A stretch of 64,000 nucleotides of DNA from a virus. Location: IMG/VR virus record IMGVR_UViG_3300029258_002856; one strand, 5' to 3'. Shown one piece after another: positions 63,468 through 64,000 of this stretch; position 1 is the stretch's first letter; each line of letters starts with the position of its first letter. The notes under the pieces were generated by a model, which saw only the letters and a program-made list of their open reading frames with translations, searched no databases and had not been told where the DNA came from. Both the position numbers and the translations under genes were made by a program.

Positions 63468-63856
63468 AAGTCACGATAGGCGAGTTGCGGGAAGAAGCGT
63501 CACCGTTCCTGGAACTGTCCGAACTCTACAACGGCGTGCTTCTCAAGGCCGATGACGGTATCGTGGTCGCCATTTGCCAGCGGGATGGTGCGTTCGAAAT
63601 CCACTACAGCCGGGACAGCGGCGAGAACTGGAGTCCTTGGGAGAAGTATCCCCCGGACGAACAGAACGAAGCTCCTTCCCCGGACCCCAAGTTAGCAGCG
63701 GACCTCACGCTGCTGCGGGAACGTACTACCGTGCGCCACTTCATGGAGATGTGCGACGAGAGCCTCTCACCGGAGGAACACACCCAGGCCATGAGCGCGG
63801 TGCGCGCCTTGAAGCGGCGGCGCAAAGCGTCCCAAGACGAAAGGAAAAAAGAATGA
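63464..63856 (+). CDS. Hypothetical protein sharing its C-terminal module with 62474
   Basis: FMEMCDESLSPEEHTQAMSAVRALKRRRKA. Confidence 0.65.
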   Translation: MKVTIGELREEASPFLELSELYNGVLLKADDGIVVAICQRDGAFEIHYSRDSGENWSPWEKYPPDEQNEAPSPDPKLAADLTLLRERTTVRHFMEMCDESLSPEEHTQAMSAVRALKRRRKASQDERKKE

Positions 63857-64000
63857 AGAAACCACGCTGCCTGGCGTTCCTGCCCCGCAAGAAACACAAG
63901 GACGGTGGCCGGTGCTGCCTGGACCGCGGCCATGACGGGGACCACCGCACCGACGGCGTAGCGGAGTGGGTCACGTTCTCCGACGAACTGGCCGAGTACC
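63853..64000 (+). CDS. Partial hypothetical protein (Cys/His motif), runs off window
   Basis: MKKPRC...RCCLDRGHDGDH. Confidence 0.55.
   Translation, partial: MKKPRCLAFLPRKKHKDGGRCCLDRGHDGDHRTDGVAEWVTFSDELAEY

Noticed and set aside
1-64000. Alternative genetic code (stop-codon reassignment) suggested by the UCA tRNA-like gene
   Set aside because: TAA, TAG and TGA all terminate conserved genes at sensible positions (for example TGA ends rpoC-C at 8028 and the gene at 25200), and coding density is high under code 11.

Overview
This window reads as part of a large contractile-tailed (myovirus-like) jumbo phage genome in the standard genetic code. Bases 380-8028 encode a multisubunit RNA polymerase in an unusual layout: beta is fused to the N-terminal, catalytic half of beta', and the C-terminal half of beta' is a separate gene. 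Between the two RNAP genes sits a ligase-less LigD-type primase-polymerase + 3'-phosphoesterase gene. Bases ~8.0-38.5 kb form a morphogenesis module with a prohead protease, scaffold-like proteins, a candidate major capsid protein, neck and tail-completion proteins, sheath, tube, a gp5/VgrG-like spike and many Gly-rich membrane-active proteins. Bases ~38.7-64 kb are an accessory region of small genes (speD, an HD-type protein, two ParB-like proteins, an acidic lipoprotein, a dispersed paralog family), five tRNA or tRNA-like genes and two large structured non-coding regions. The most striking signal is a cross-window pattern. Three features co-occur on head genes, on the RNAP/LigD operon and on two outlier genes in the accessory region: a K-x-[A/G] motif (candidate maturation cleavage site), a G-x4-[LM]-x3-G-hydrophobic motif (candidate capsid-targeting signal) and a promoter motif of type CCTATAmTT. 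A different promoter motif (GGTAyAAG) marks accessory cassettes. Together these suggest a virion-packaged RNAP and DNA end-repair enzyme. All family assignments come from motif recognition by eye; no database searches were run. Terminase, portal, tape measure, DNA polymerase, RNAP alpha and sigma were not recognised in this window.
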